Positions 20,001 through 26,753 of a stretch of DNA of 64,000 bases are shown piece after piece; position 1 is the first letter of the stretch; each line of letters opens with the position of its first letter. Below the pieces are notes generated by a model, which saw only the letters and a list, made by a program, of their open reading frames with translations, did not search any database and was not told the origin of the DNA. Source of the stretch: an uncultured virus (IMG/VR IMGVR_UViG_3300022925_000015) (taxonomy: Duplodnaviria; Heunggongvirae; Uroviricota; Caudoviricetes). A program made the position numbers and the translations under genes. The stretch lies in IMG/VR virus record IMGVR_UViG_3300022925_000015. One strand, given 5' to 3'.

Positions 20001-22037
20001 AATGTACCTGCACCAGAAGAGAATATTCCAGGACAAGTACTAGACAGTCTAAGTATTAAAGTGTTCCAAGAAACAGGAAGTGGAGCAGCAACACTAAGCA
20101 GTAAGATTAGTATTAGTGACGGTAGCACACTTGTTTATGACATAGGACAAAATGTTTTAGAAAGAAACAGTGTAATTGTTTATGTAGATGGTGTAAAACA
20201 AAACTTAGGTGACTATGCAATCAACATAAATGAAAATACACTTGAATTTACATCACCTCCTGCTATTGATTTACCAATTGAAATTTTATCATTCGGTATT
20301 GGCGGTGTAGAAATATTAGATTACCAACAGTTTATTGCTGATGGTGAAACAGGATTGTTCTTGACACAAGCAGACTTTAATAGAACAGCAAACATTTATG
20401 TAACAGTAAATGGTGTGCAGTATGATGCAGGATTTATTGAAAGTACAGGTGTTGTAGATACCACAGATAAAACATTGGTACAGTTTGGTACAGTGCCAAA
20501 CAAAAATGATGTGATCAAGATTATTGCACTAGGTGCATCAACAGATTTAGATAGCACTTTATCTAGTGTTGTAAGAGTTAACCAACAAGAAATTATACAC
20601 GATGGCAGCACAAGAAGTTATGACCTTGATAATTTTGTTCAGTTGAATAGAGAAAGTGCAGCGTCAAGTACTATTGTTGAATTAAACAATAAAAAACTGC
20701 GTGGCGTAGACACAGTTTACTTTGTATACGATGGAGTGAATAACAAATTTACAGTTGGTGATGATCCATTAGAATCTGCAGGTTCTGTACTACCTCAAAA
20801 CGTTAAAGTTTACATTAATGGCGTACAGTCAACTTACATTGATGATTGGGTATACAGTTCAACACAAAAAGAACTTACATATGTTTCTGCACTTAATGTA
20901 GGGGACACAATTAAAATTGAAAATGATCTAAGAGCAGAATATTTCTTAGATAACAATAATATTAGAATAAAAGATAGTGTATCATTGACACCGGGTGATT
21001 CAATTATTGTAACTTGGTTTGGTGAATATCCTTCAATGTCTATGGTAAGTGATGATTATACTGGTGGCAAAGTTAAATTTAGATTGCCATTCAAACCTGT
21101 TAACATAAGTTATGTTTGGGTATACCTAAACGGAACTAGATTGAAGCGTGATATAGATTATACTATTGATATTGACAGACAAAGTTTGTATTTGAAGAAT
21201 GATACAACAGATGCTGATATTGTATCTATTGTTGCATTTGGTAATAGAACTTACAAGTTACCAAGCGCATACGAAATTAATAAAGATATGCTTAATATCA
21301 CAAGGTACACAAGATATGCTGCCGATGCAGAAGTAATTCTTACAAAAGACTTATTATATTATGATAAGACTATAACAGTTACTGATGCTTCAGCATTATC
21401 AGATCCTATTGTAAGTAAAAATATTCCAGGTGTTGTTATCATTAACAATGAAAGAATTGAATATATGGTTAAAGATGGCAATGTGCTGAAACAATTACGT
21501 AGAGGTGCTTACGGAACAGGTATTGCAGACGTACACAACAAAGATTCACTTGTAATTGATGCTGATAAAAACAATACTATTTCATATGCAGACGAACAAG
21601 TAAGATATGACTTTGTCAGTGATGGCAGTTCAAACTTAATTGGTCCTCTAGACTTTACTCCTGCTAAAGAAATAGATGCTAATTGGTTTGCAGGTACTAT
21701 TCCAACAGAATTTGGTAGATGTGATAGTTTAGAAGTGTTTGCCGGAGGCACACGTTTACGTAAAACTAGCCTAAAAATATACGACGAATCGTTAGGTTCT
21801 TACAGTCCACAAGCAGATAAGACTCTTGAAGCGGAGTTTGCTGTTGACGGATCAACTAAGTACATACGAATAACAAATCCTGTACCAGCAGGAACAAGGA
21901 TAAGCATTATAAAAAGGATTGGTAATACTTGGTACGATAGAGGTGCTACAACCGCTACTACAGGCGTTACATTGCTTGAAAATACTACACCAATTAGTAC
22001 TTTCATAGCAGAGAAGAGTACGAGATTACCTGAATAA
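8016..22037 (+). CDS. Giant (4,673 aa) multidomain virion/baseplate protein
   Basis: 14-kb uninterrupted ORF coupled to gp6 by a TAATG overlap. It contains FG-GAP-like beta-propeller blades (~14.4-16.5 kb), aromatic CBM5/12-like repeats and 'PGxGYT..P' repeats typical of T4-like baseplate proteins. Confidence 0.75.
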   Translation: MADKKVYPDSKIPIRKTSEFLPDIFKTEANDKFLAGVVDPLIQPGATDKLVGYIGRRYGKTYNSKDIYLDDDDTLRSRYQLEPGVTIEKDRKIENFHDYIDLKNILTFFGNYNGRDDIINKQEHYSWNPPIDWDKFTNYREYFWAPQGPPSVSVFGQSSAVTSTYKVTTSIGSTWIFTPDGATNNPNIVLYRGQTYRFEVNSPTEGFVIRTNYDTGSLIYNPQITYFVGDYAIFDDKLWRAKVDVSPADGSSISVDSQDWELVDDNAVLDSLTYGGGITNNGAKRGVVTFKVPMDAPDILYYQSDVDPNRLGQFIIGNIEDATFIDPELEIIGKKDYTSANGVTLTNGLVIEFRGQVAQEKYAEGTWLVEGVGKEISLTKFTDLIPPSVTSTTPEILFDNEGFDSQPYDDATQFPGSKDYITINRTSRDLNPWSRYNRWFHRSVLEYSHQQRGVEFEATEDTRAKRPIIEFHPNIQLFNHGGVSKQTVDYIDDYTTDIFSKIEGSTGYSVDGEFLFEGARVLVIADTDNLANNKIYEVRFITHNGRKQINLREAADADSAENECLLVRRGNVNAGLMFHYNGSKWVPSQPKTNVNQYPLFDLYDADGNSFGDQNVYPVTTFRGTPIISYAVGSGRTDTELGFKLKYLNINNVGDITFDWNLDKDSFQYTQLQDTITVPVNKGYLKIEGAYDNGWTKTNDKYLQPIINTVKIVEDGISTIDWTNTIDWTTVTDKLEICFYKNGLKFDESFTRNVSLFTFENEFAVGDVVTIKIIDDVVPGTGYYEFPVGLEKNPLNTQVKEFTLGQATDHLVSSLEYNKDFTGTVPGVSNLRDLSGFQSYTKRFLKHSGVAAASVTLLNDRNYNLIKSIQYAKKAYSVFKDNFIKKASEIEFEDVPANFVDNIIEELTRTKSVASPFADTDVMGSGAFTSIDYEVDDVGITTFALSTAFDINALNRKAVYVYINDRQLLLNSEYTIDSTFAFVRISKQLVRGDKIQIREYVSTSFSYVPPTPTSLGLYKKYTPKKFIDDTYLEPREVIQGHDGSITQAYGDFRDDLILELEYRIYNNIKNNYDENVFDIDSVIGSYYHRTDFTKSNVDDIVNQEFLKWVADTNLGYTLNTYFDSEEPFTYTYNQMASPDGKESLPGWWRGVYKYYYDTDRPHSHPWECLGFTEKPSWFDTEYGEAPYTNGNLLLWEDIRDGKICQGERAGTYPRYARTSILSHIPSDADGNLVDPLTSGLAQNFVLFNNQGSFKIGDIGPVEYAWRSSSEFPFAITIAMCLLKPFEFIISNFDRAQTKRNILNQIVDKTTETFITPAELELPVAGAKQTSGLANYITSYVKSRGLEVADVQEDITHINVRLSSRLSGFVDQEQQKYSVDSKNPKSSSSNALIPNENFNIIFDVSSPIATLTYSGMIFEKTSMGWTVSGYDDVKPYFEYYEAVANQKDPVISIGGLSEAFSLWEPNKLFANGSIVENRGTYFRAKESHTSSESFDEMFWTKLPALPVVGATTAQRRRNFNTTTIRRLSYGEQFTTIQQVADFIIGHQEFLKASGFVFDNYDGTTQSVQDWTTALKEFMFWTQHNWAVGSLLTVSPGAQKLTINVPVGVADNLLDGFYEYNVLGSNGVPLDTSNINVNRQFQEFIITTTDTEDGLYYLKVNLVLKEHVTVFDDRTVFNDVIFDKPSGYRQERIRSQGFRTVDWDGDYTSPGFIFDNVNIVAWQPFRNYKLGDIVQYRSSNYTSLRTHTSDQEFNASNWTILDSEPKKQLIPNFDYRINQIEDYFNVDSEGLGKSQRDLARHTVGYQTREYLESIAEDPITQFQLYQGFIREKGSKNPISKVFNKATNSVNGVQLDEQWAFKVGTLGGDAQSYNIELSLDTDQFKVNPQPVVITPEKGDFLDRYYRVNQSNFDYAPIPYTDNINPVTDNAKPTQTAGYVKLGQTEYVIKHFSDISTELDVNTVSNNEHIWITFSGPTWTVKRINVAFELPILSVVQENTTVTIDFGKRHNFAVDDYIGVKNLEDISGFYQITAITNNTVTYELTEKAPKADYNTSTAVYPIYFSDVRYNSYNDISEEEIALLQNKSKLWIDHNGELKWEVVEKNKIYTDKKITNYGLSEPVRVGEKVLYNPALKQVFASASATPRVMVYLETAQGLSVKQILQPPDAFIDGNINSFGLELAISPDSKWLAVGSPKATGISSNYRGEYNPYVNYGIGQIVLFSGRLWKSKVDIAADGSSINIYSEDWEQVKSIEAVEFGSNDGETQMGSVTLYEWTLNQWNYRTTLLSPRLDAFEEFGHAIAISKTATGYGMAVSAPGSLHAKGRVWLYHYTEATGWETIQNTNYVGEYNPGEIFFEGQIDNDILTVKDTGDSTPIAGKLKSGASVTGTGVLDGTYILEQLDWPVSDDGTVHTEKGGVGTYRVSKNHTTPTESVRMQSNYFYPSGSVVTYNGKFWQAQYDTYGDGSTISIDSNEWAQLDAVATQASLPQSVALEDDGSSLFTGLLTDGQVNELVMNGTRFGSSLSMSYDGNVLVVGAPDADNQFFPNYKGVWRPDYEYIQGDVVKYQNAYHRLSNIGPSQVPQDSTIRSYNEDPSNGYPWVDAGDSTPSITGKMFVYRKDASGNYNLLQTVAADNLDSFNDLDQAHPDIMAAGDKFGYAVAVDYSGNNIVVSSPQADINYQNQGSAYIFEYKNDSSVYEYRITQKLESFEKFPNEFFGQSICISPNTSVIAIGANNSPYVQTTIFDNSQTSFDEGRSTFKNFEGFTGSVYVFEKKEHTYYLTEKLDADLSLNESFGTSVSCEKNVVVVGSPDYIEPITEDNNIVFTGTKVGMVRLFKKPDGVSPLTVIAEQPQHTDLEQIKRIALYEKQDDVKIQDLEFFDPAKLKIVNRAEREITYKVPFDPAVYTIGNENVTVDQEISWNNGKNIGKLWWNIANAKWIDYEQGDIAYRTSNWGAQAVGSTIDIYEWVESKLLPSEWAVLADTAEGLNLDISGQPLYPDDTVMAVKTVLNTNTGLPTESRYGYWVRNKTTAPKNVLGRSISASTVSSLISTPGAVGNTLLALVDKNKFLFYNYTNLVNSDQTILNIEYYTDKDSKNAVHNEYQLLTEGVEDSIPTEKLETKWLDSLVGYDKVGNRVPDTSLPDKQKYGISFRPRQSMFVNNRKILQILIKNINSILKEQAFADTISYNNLNSVDPAPSDLLKLYDTKVAFYSDLETVGTIRVKKAQLSVNIIDSEINSITITDPGYGYKVAPNVEFEGDGTGAIATTTIDTQGRISSVTVVASGKKYSYAIAKVRNFSVLVENDSTANNYWSVYAWDDVRQIFFRSRSQAFDTTRYWSKVDWWKTGYGETSRVVKEILSVYQEPTVDLQQGDLLRISEYGAGGWAVFERQEGEPNGILLSNYVLVGRERGTIELLDTLWNTRTSGIGFDIVDSFDAGLYDKEVAIELRNILTAIKEEVFVGDYAAEWNKLFFTSIRYVFNEQTYVDWAFKTSFINAVHNVGAFKTTPTYKNDSLTAYLDYINEIKPYRTTVKEFVSKYNQLETSYTSTTDFDLPPVYSIKEGKIINVDENNELINTYPYTQWRDNKGFGITDIQVSNPGAGYTGIPSVLIDGNGSGAKATAYVSNGKVSGIVVNEQGSGYTLTPTITIVGGNGSNNNDAKAVAILGNGKVRTNNVTVKFDRLSKDGKFSNFDFVQTFTASGASSVFELLYPATVNKNNIDILKDGQVVLDNEYAVTLYRQKIDLENVLRCRITFKENPVQGSIIKITYAKNDEILDSVNRIEKYYNPGVGMAGKELHQLMTGIDFGGVLVQGTTFDVTGGWDALPWFTDSWDSVEAAADHYVVCDGSTNFVTLPYAPIEGQQINIYLKRAGIERLPTIDNLQYSGAVAEPPTHRIDDPNYDDNWDSSVATNPHAQMPTFIGDGSTKTIEIGDYVQTNDGDILIFRPSSSDGSVTINDPNLVDTNLSGGTLSAVSGAYATAAGTAAEEINIDGSAFTTPDNVPAPEENIPGQVLDSLSIKVFQETGSGAATLSSKISISDGSTLVYDIGQNVLERNSVIVYVDGVKQNLGDYAININENTLEFTSPPAIDLPIEILSFGIGGVEILDYQQFIADGETGLFLTQADFNRTANIYVTVNGVQYDAGFIESTGVVDTTDKTLVQFGTVPNKNDVIKIIALGASTDLDSTLSSVVRVNQQEIIHDGSTRSYDLDNFVQLNRESAASSTIVELNNKKLRGVDTVYFVYDGVNNKFTVGDDPLESAGSVLPQNVKVYINGVQSTYIDDWVYSSTQKELTYVSALNVGDTIKIENDLRAEYFLDNNNIRIKDSVSLTPGDSIIVTWFGEYPSMSMVSDDYTGGKVKFRLPFKPVNISYVWVYLNGTRLKRDIDYTIDIDRQSLYLKNDTTDADIVSIVAFGNRTYKLPSAYEINKDMLNITRYTRYAADAEVILTKDLLYYDKTITVTDASALSDPIVSKNIPGVVIINNERIEYMVKDGNVLKQLRRGAYGTGIADVHNKDSLVIDADKNNTISYADEQVRYDFVSDGSSNLIGPLDFTPAKEIDANWFAGTIPTEFGRCDSLEVFAGGTRLRKTSLKIYDESLGSYSPQADKTLEAEFAVDGSTKYIRITNPVPAGTRISIIKRIGNTWYDRGATTATTGVTLLENTTPISTFIAEKSTRLPE

Positions 22038-22040
22038 ATA
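22035..22040 (+). promoter_or_regulatory. TAAATA late-promoter-like box
   Basis: ATAAATA overlapping the stop of the giant gene. Confidence 0.55.
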
Positions 22041-22044
22041 CACT

Positions 22045-22707
22045 ATGAAACACGAAGAGACTGATATGCCAAAACAAACGGAAAATACAAAAGATCCTAA
22101 AAACCCTAATGAAGTAGGTGGGTTTAACTTCGAAGGTCACATTAAGATTTTTGATCCAGAAACTGGCGAAGTTTTTGAAGATAAAAGGAATGCGATCCAT
22201 TACGAAAATATGAGTATTGCAATGGTTAATGCTTTATCTAATCAAGGGCAAGGTACCATTTATGAAATGGCTTTCGGTAGTGGTGGTACAACAGTTGATC
22301 CAACAGGATTGATTACATACCTTACACCAAATACAGTTGGCACAAACTCAAGTCTTTATAATCAAACATTTGTGAAAATTGTTGATCAAAATGCGATTGC
22401 AAACAGCGATCCAGTTAGAAACAAGATGGAAGTTAGACACATTAGTGGTGCTACTTACAGTGATATTATTGTAAGTTGTTTACTTGACTATGGTGAACCA
22501 GATGAGCAAGAAGCATTTGATAACAGTGTAGATATGGACGGCGACTTTGTATTTGACGAGTTAGGTTTAAAATGGTATAATCCAAATGGAACAGGCAAGT
22601 TACTTACACACGTTGTTTTCCACCCTATTCAAAAGTCATTAAACAGACTCTTACAAATTGATTACACAATTAGAGTACAGAGTTTAACAGGCTTTACGGA
22701 GGTGTAA
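22045..22707 (+). CDS. Putative baseplate/virion structural protein (start may be the ATG at 22066)
   Basis: Lies between the giant protein and the fibres. 'FVFDELGL...LLTHVVFHPIQKSLNR...IDYTIRV' resembles fibre-attachment/baseplate proteins. Confidence 0.55.
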   Translation: MKHEETDMPKQTENTKDPKNPNEVGGFNFEGHIKIFDPETGEVFEDKRNAIHYENMSIAMVNALSNQGQGTIYEMAFGSGGTTVDPTGLITYLTPNTVGTNSSLYNQTFVKIVDQNAIANSDPVRNKMEVRHISGATYSDIIVSCLLDYGEPDEQEAFDNSVDMDGDFVFDELGLKWYNPNGTGKLLTHVVFHPIQKSLNRLLQIDYTIRVQSLTGFTEV

Positions 22708-22710
22708 CGG

Positions 22711-24849
22711 ATGCCATATATTGTAAATTTTACAGATAGCGAAAACAAAACACCTATCACGGTATTCGATAACACTTCAAGCCAAGATACAAGTTTAACT
22801 TTCCCAGGACGTAATGTAACAGGTTACGGACAAATTATTGCAGAAAACTTTCTTAACTTATTAGAAAATTTTGCAAGTGCTAATCAACCTGTTAATCCAA
22901 CTGAAGGACAACTTTGGTATGATACTACAAATGGTGTGTTACAGTTATGGGATAATACAAACTGGAAAGCAGCGTCAAACATTCAAAAGTCACCAGTTGC
23001 ACCTAGTGTAGAGACAAGTAAAGTTGGTGAACTTTGGGTTGACACAACTAATCAGCAGTTAAGAATTTATACAGGAACAAGATGGTTGCTTGTAGGACCA
23101 CAAGAAAGTTCCATTGACGGTTTAAGATATGGACCAGCAGTTGAAACTATTGCTGACAGTACAAACGCAGATAGAAGTATATTGATATTATACTTAGGCG
23201 ACATACCGGTCGTTATTGTATCTAAAGATTCATTTACACCTAAAATTGCTATTGCAGGTTTTGATAATATTAAAGCAGGTATTAATATTAGTACTCCTGC
23301 TAACGATCAAGAAGCAAGTGAATTTGCAAGTATCTTTTTAGGCGGCAACCTTCCTCGACTAGTTGGTACAGCAGCAAACGCTGATGCACTTAACATTGGT
23401 GGAGTAGAAATTGCAGCAGGTAAATTTTTAAGATCAGATCAAGTTAACACAACAGACTTTGGTATCAATGTTAGAAACAATAGTGGTTTAACAATTGGTA
23501 TTGACGGCAACTTTAATATTAATACTTCAGCAACTGCTGCTAAAATTTATAATAGTGCGTCAGGTAGTTCGGTAGATATTCAAACAAACAGAAATGGTGT
23601 ACCAACAACAATTTTACGTGTAGCAGATAACAAAGTTGGTATTAACGTTGCTTCACCAGATCAAGAATTAGATGTTGATGGTAATGCACAAATTACAGGT
23701 ACAATTAGTGTTACAAACGATCAAGAAACAATTAACTTAGAAACAGGTTCAATTGTAACAGCAGGTGGTATTGCAGTAGGTAAAAACTTATTAGTTGGAA
23801 ATGCATTACAAGTTTCAGGCAATACATTTACAAACAATATTGAACCAGCAGTTACAGATACGCATTTGTTAGGTAGTTTAACAAAACGTTGGAGTAATGT
23901 TTACGCTAAAAAAATTATTGCAGACGAAATTGAAGGAACTATTAACGGTAATATTACAGGTAATGCTAACACAGCAACTAACCTTAAAAACGTAACAAGT
24001 TTTCAACTTGCAGGAGACGTAATTTCAGATACATTACAGTTTGATGGACAAGTTGGTGCAACAAATAAAATTTTTACAACTGAACTTACATCAAATATTA
24101 TTCAAGGTAAAGATGAACCTACACCTAACGTTTCAGAAATACGTGATGAGATATTAGTTTATAGAGCAGTATCAGAAACAGGTTCAAGTACAGGTCTTTT
24201 AAGACAAAGCAGAAACACATTTATAGGTGACTTAGGTGTTCCAGTTGGAGCAATTATGCCTTTTGCAGGAAACAATGTACCATACGGTTATTTGTTATGT
24301 GATGGCGGTGAAGTTGAAAGAGCTAAGTTTCCTGACTTGTTTGATATTATTGGAACAAGATATAACGGAACAGCAGGACTAAATGGTGCAGGAACATATA
24401 GAGTGCCTGATTTAAGAGGACGTTTTGCACTAGGTAAACACAATATGGACAACAATATTGATGTTCCTAATGGTACTGGCGGATTTGTTGATAATGGCGG
24501 CGGTGAACCTACTCCAGCAAGAGTTGAAGGTACAGCAGCACAAACATTAGGTAGCACTAGTGGACAAAGTACAGTTACACTAGATAAAAACAATTTACCA
24601 GAACACGAACATACATTTGTTGTAAACAGTATTCAGTATGCTTCAGTTGCAGTTGGCGGAGCAGCAGTTGGAGATGCAGATTTTGGATTAGGACCAACTA
24701 CATCTAACGGTGCAGTTTATCAACCAAACACAGGCGGCATTGATGTTGACGGTACGGTTGCATTTAGTCAACCAATTGGTGTAATGAATCCGTTCTTAAC
24801 AGTAAATTATATTATTAGATCGGGACCACCGAAATTTACAACAACTTAA
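22711..24849 (+). CDS. Tail fibre with C-terminal phage tail-collar domain
   Basis: Shares the 'GRNVTGYG..IAENFLNLLENF..P..GQLWYD' N-terminus. 'PVGAIMPFAG...GYLLCDG...FPDLFDIIG...VPDLRGRF' is the Collar domain, followed by an HEH motif. Confidence 0.85.
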   Translation: MPYIVNFTDSENKTPITVFDNTSSQDTSLTFPGRNVTGYGQIIAENFLNLLENFASANQPVNPTEGQLWYDTTNGVLQLWDNTNWKAASNIQKSPVAPSVETSKVGELWVDTTNQQLRIYTGTRWLLVGPQESSIDGLRYGPAVETIADSTNADRSILILYLGDIPVVIVSKDSFTPKIAIAGFDNIKAGINISTPANDQEASEFASIFLGGNLPRLVGTAANADALNIGGVEIAAGKFLRSDQVNTTDFGINVRNNSGLTIGIDGNFNINTSATAAKIYNSASGSSVDIQTNRNGVPTTILRVADNKVGINVASPDQELDVDGNAQITGTISVTNDQETINLETGSIVTAGGIAVGKNLLVGNALQVSGNTFTNNIEPAVTDTHLLGSLTKRWSNVYAKKIIADEIEGTINGNITGNANTATNLKNVTSFQLAGDVISDTLQFDGQVGATNKIFTTELTSNIIQGKDEPTPNVSEIRDEILVYRAVSETGSSTGLLRQSRNTFIGDLGVPVGAIMPFAGNNVPYGYLLCDGGEVERAKFPDLFDIIGTRYNGTAGLNGAGTYRVPDLRGRFALGKHNMDNNIDVPNGTGGFVDNGGGEPTPARVEGTAAQTLGSTSGQSTVTLDKNNLPEHEHTFVVNSIQYASVAVGGAAVGDADFGLGPTTSNGAVYQPNTGGIDVDGTVAFSQPIGVMNPFLTVNYIIRSGPPKFTTT

Positions 24850-24863
24850 GGTAGAGAGACTAG

Positions 24864-26735
24864 ATGGCATATCAAATTAATAAAACAGACGGATCGATTG
24901 TAGCAACTGTTGCCGATGGTCAGATTGACACTATATCAACTGATATAACTCTTATTGGTAAAAACTATAGTGGGTTTGGTGAATCACTTAACGAAAACTT
25001 TATTAAATTACTTGAGAACTTCTCAAGTATTACACAACCAACACAGCCTGTAAGAGGACAGATTTGGTATGATGCATCAGAAGCAAAATTAAAAGTTTAT
25101 TCAGGAACAGCATTTGTTCCTGTAAGTTCAGCAACTATTGCAGGTATACAACCTGAAACACTCGGTGTTGGCGACTTGTGGTTTAATGACAGTGACAAGC
25201 AGTTATATTTTTATGACGGCACTGACACTATTTTATTAGGACCAGATTATTCAGATAGTCAAGGTGTATCCGGCATACGTGTTACAAGCATACTTGATAC
25301 ATTAAACCAAACTCGTGTTATTACAAGTTTGTATAATAACGGTGTGCTATTAGGAATATTTTCAAAAGATACATTTACACCTAAAAATAATATTGAAGGT
25401 TATGAAGGAAGTATCATTCCAGGCTTTAATGCAGGAACACTTGCAGGTATTAAATTTGACGTTACAACAACAAACTCAGAAAAACTAAACAACGTTGATG
25501 CTAGTTTGTATGTTAGAACAGATACAGCAAACAGTTTACAGAATGCTTTACAAATTGAAAGTGATTTAGGTTTACAGTTTGGTGCTGGTGGACAAGGTGT
25601 TATCCAGGTTAGTAATGGTAATGTTCGTATGTCAAACCAGGCTACTGGTAAACAAATTATATTTGACGTTAGATCAGATGCTACTACACAGGAAGAAGCA
25701 ATATCAATTAATCCAGCAACTAGAACAATCAAGTTGTACGAAAATCAACCTACAAGTACAGTAGAAATTGATGGTAGCGCAGCAATTGGTGGCGACCTAA
25801 CTATTAAAGGTAGACTTACAATTAATGATGGTGACATTGCTGTAATTAGAGAAACAGAATTAGAAATTGAAGACAAATATATTGTACTAGCACAAACAGG
25901 TGATAGTTCAAGTAACACAGATGCTATTGCAGACGGTGGCGGTATTGTTCTTAAAGGAACAACAGATCACGTGTTGATGTGGTCAGACTTAGGACTAGGT
26001 GGTACAGCAGAGTATCCTGCACTTGCTGCTCAGTCGTGGACAAGTTCAGAAAACTTTAACCTTGCAACAGGCAAGGTGTTTATGATTGACGGTATTCCTG
26101 TATTATCAGGAAATAGTTTAGGTGCTGGTATTACAAGTATTCCAGGTGTTACAGCCTTTGGTACACAAAATGTTATCAATGTTGGACCTGGTGTGCCTCC
26201 AACAGCACAATTGAAAATTGAAAACACAAGAATTAGTACACTATCAGGTGCACTAGATCTTGAATTGGAACCACATACTGGAGGAAATGTTGCACTAGTT
26301 GGCGCTCCTAAAATTACTGGATTAAGTGATCCTACAATTGCACAGGATGCCTCTACAAAAGAATATGTAGATAATACTGTTGAAACAAGAACAATTCATT
26401 TTAGTATGGACTTGTCAGATGGTAAACCAAATAGTTATATTGCAACAAATGTTCTTGCAAACTTAGCACCGCCAAGTGAATATAGAGATGGTACTAATGC
26501 AAGAATTCTTTGTACGTTGTTGAGTAACTCAACAACAAGTTTAGATATTAATCCGTTGGTAAACCAATCAACAGCAACATTTAATACTCCGTCAGGTACA
26601 GCAGATGCAGTTACTAACGTTTCTGTATCCGCAGCGACAGTTGATGCTCCAAGTGTAACAACTACAAGAATTATTAAAGTTTTCCAATTACTTGCGGGTG
26701 TTTGGACACACGTATCAGATACGGTATTACCATAA
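24864..26735 (+). CDS. Tail fibre paralogue
   Basis: 'MAYQINKTDG...LIGKNYSGFGESLNENFIKLLENF...GQIWYD' N-terminus shared with neighbours; 'DPT..QDASTKEYVD' fibre motif. Confidence 0.75.
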   Translation: MAYQINKTDGSIVATVADGQIDTISTDITLIGKNYSGFGESLNENFIKLLENFSSITQPTQPVRGQIWYDASEAKLKVYSGTAFVPVSSATIAGIQPETLGVGDLWFNDSDKQLYFYDGTDTILLGPDYSDSQGVSGIRVTSILDTLNQTRVITSLYNNGVLLGIFSKDTFTPKNNIEGYEGSIIPGFNAGTLAGIKFDVTTTNSEKLNNVDASLYVRTDTANSLQNALQIESDLGLQFGAGGQGVIQVSNGNVRMSNQATGKQIIFDVRSDATTQEEAISINPATRTIKLYENQPTSTVEIDGSAAIGGDLTIKGRLTINDGDIAVIRETELEIEDKYIVLAQTGDSSSNTDAIADGGGIVLKGTTDHVLMWSDLGLGGTAEYPALAAQSWTSSENFNLATGKVFMIDGIPVLSGNSLGAGITSIPGVTAFGTQNVINVGPGVPPTAQLKIENTRISTLSGALDLELEPHTGGNVALVGAPKITGLSDPTIAQDASTKEYVDNTVETRTIHFSMDLSDGKPNSYIATNVLANLAPPSEYRDGTNARILCTLLSNSTTSLDINPLVNQSTATFNTPSGTADAVTNVSVSAATVDAPSVTTTRIIKVFQLLAGVWTHVSDTVLP

Positions 26736-26753
26736 GGAGATTAGGAGCGATAG

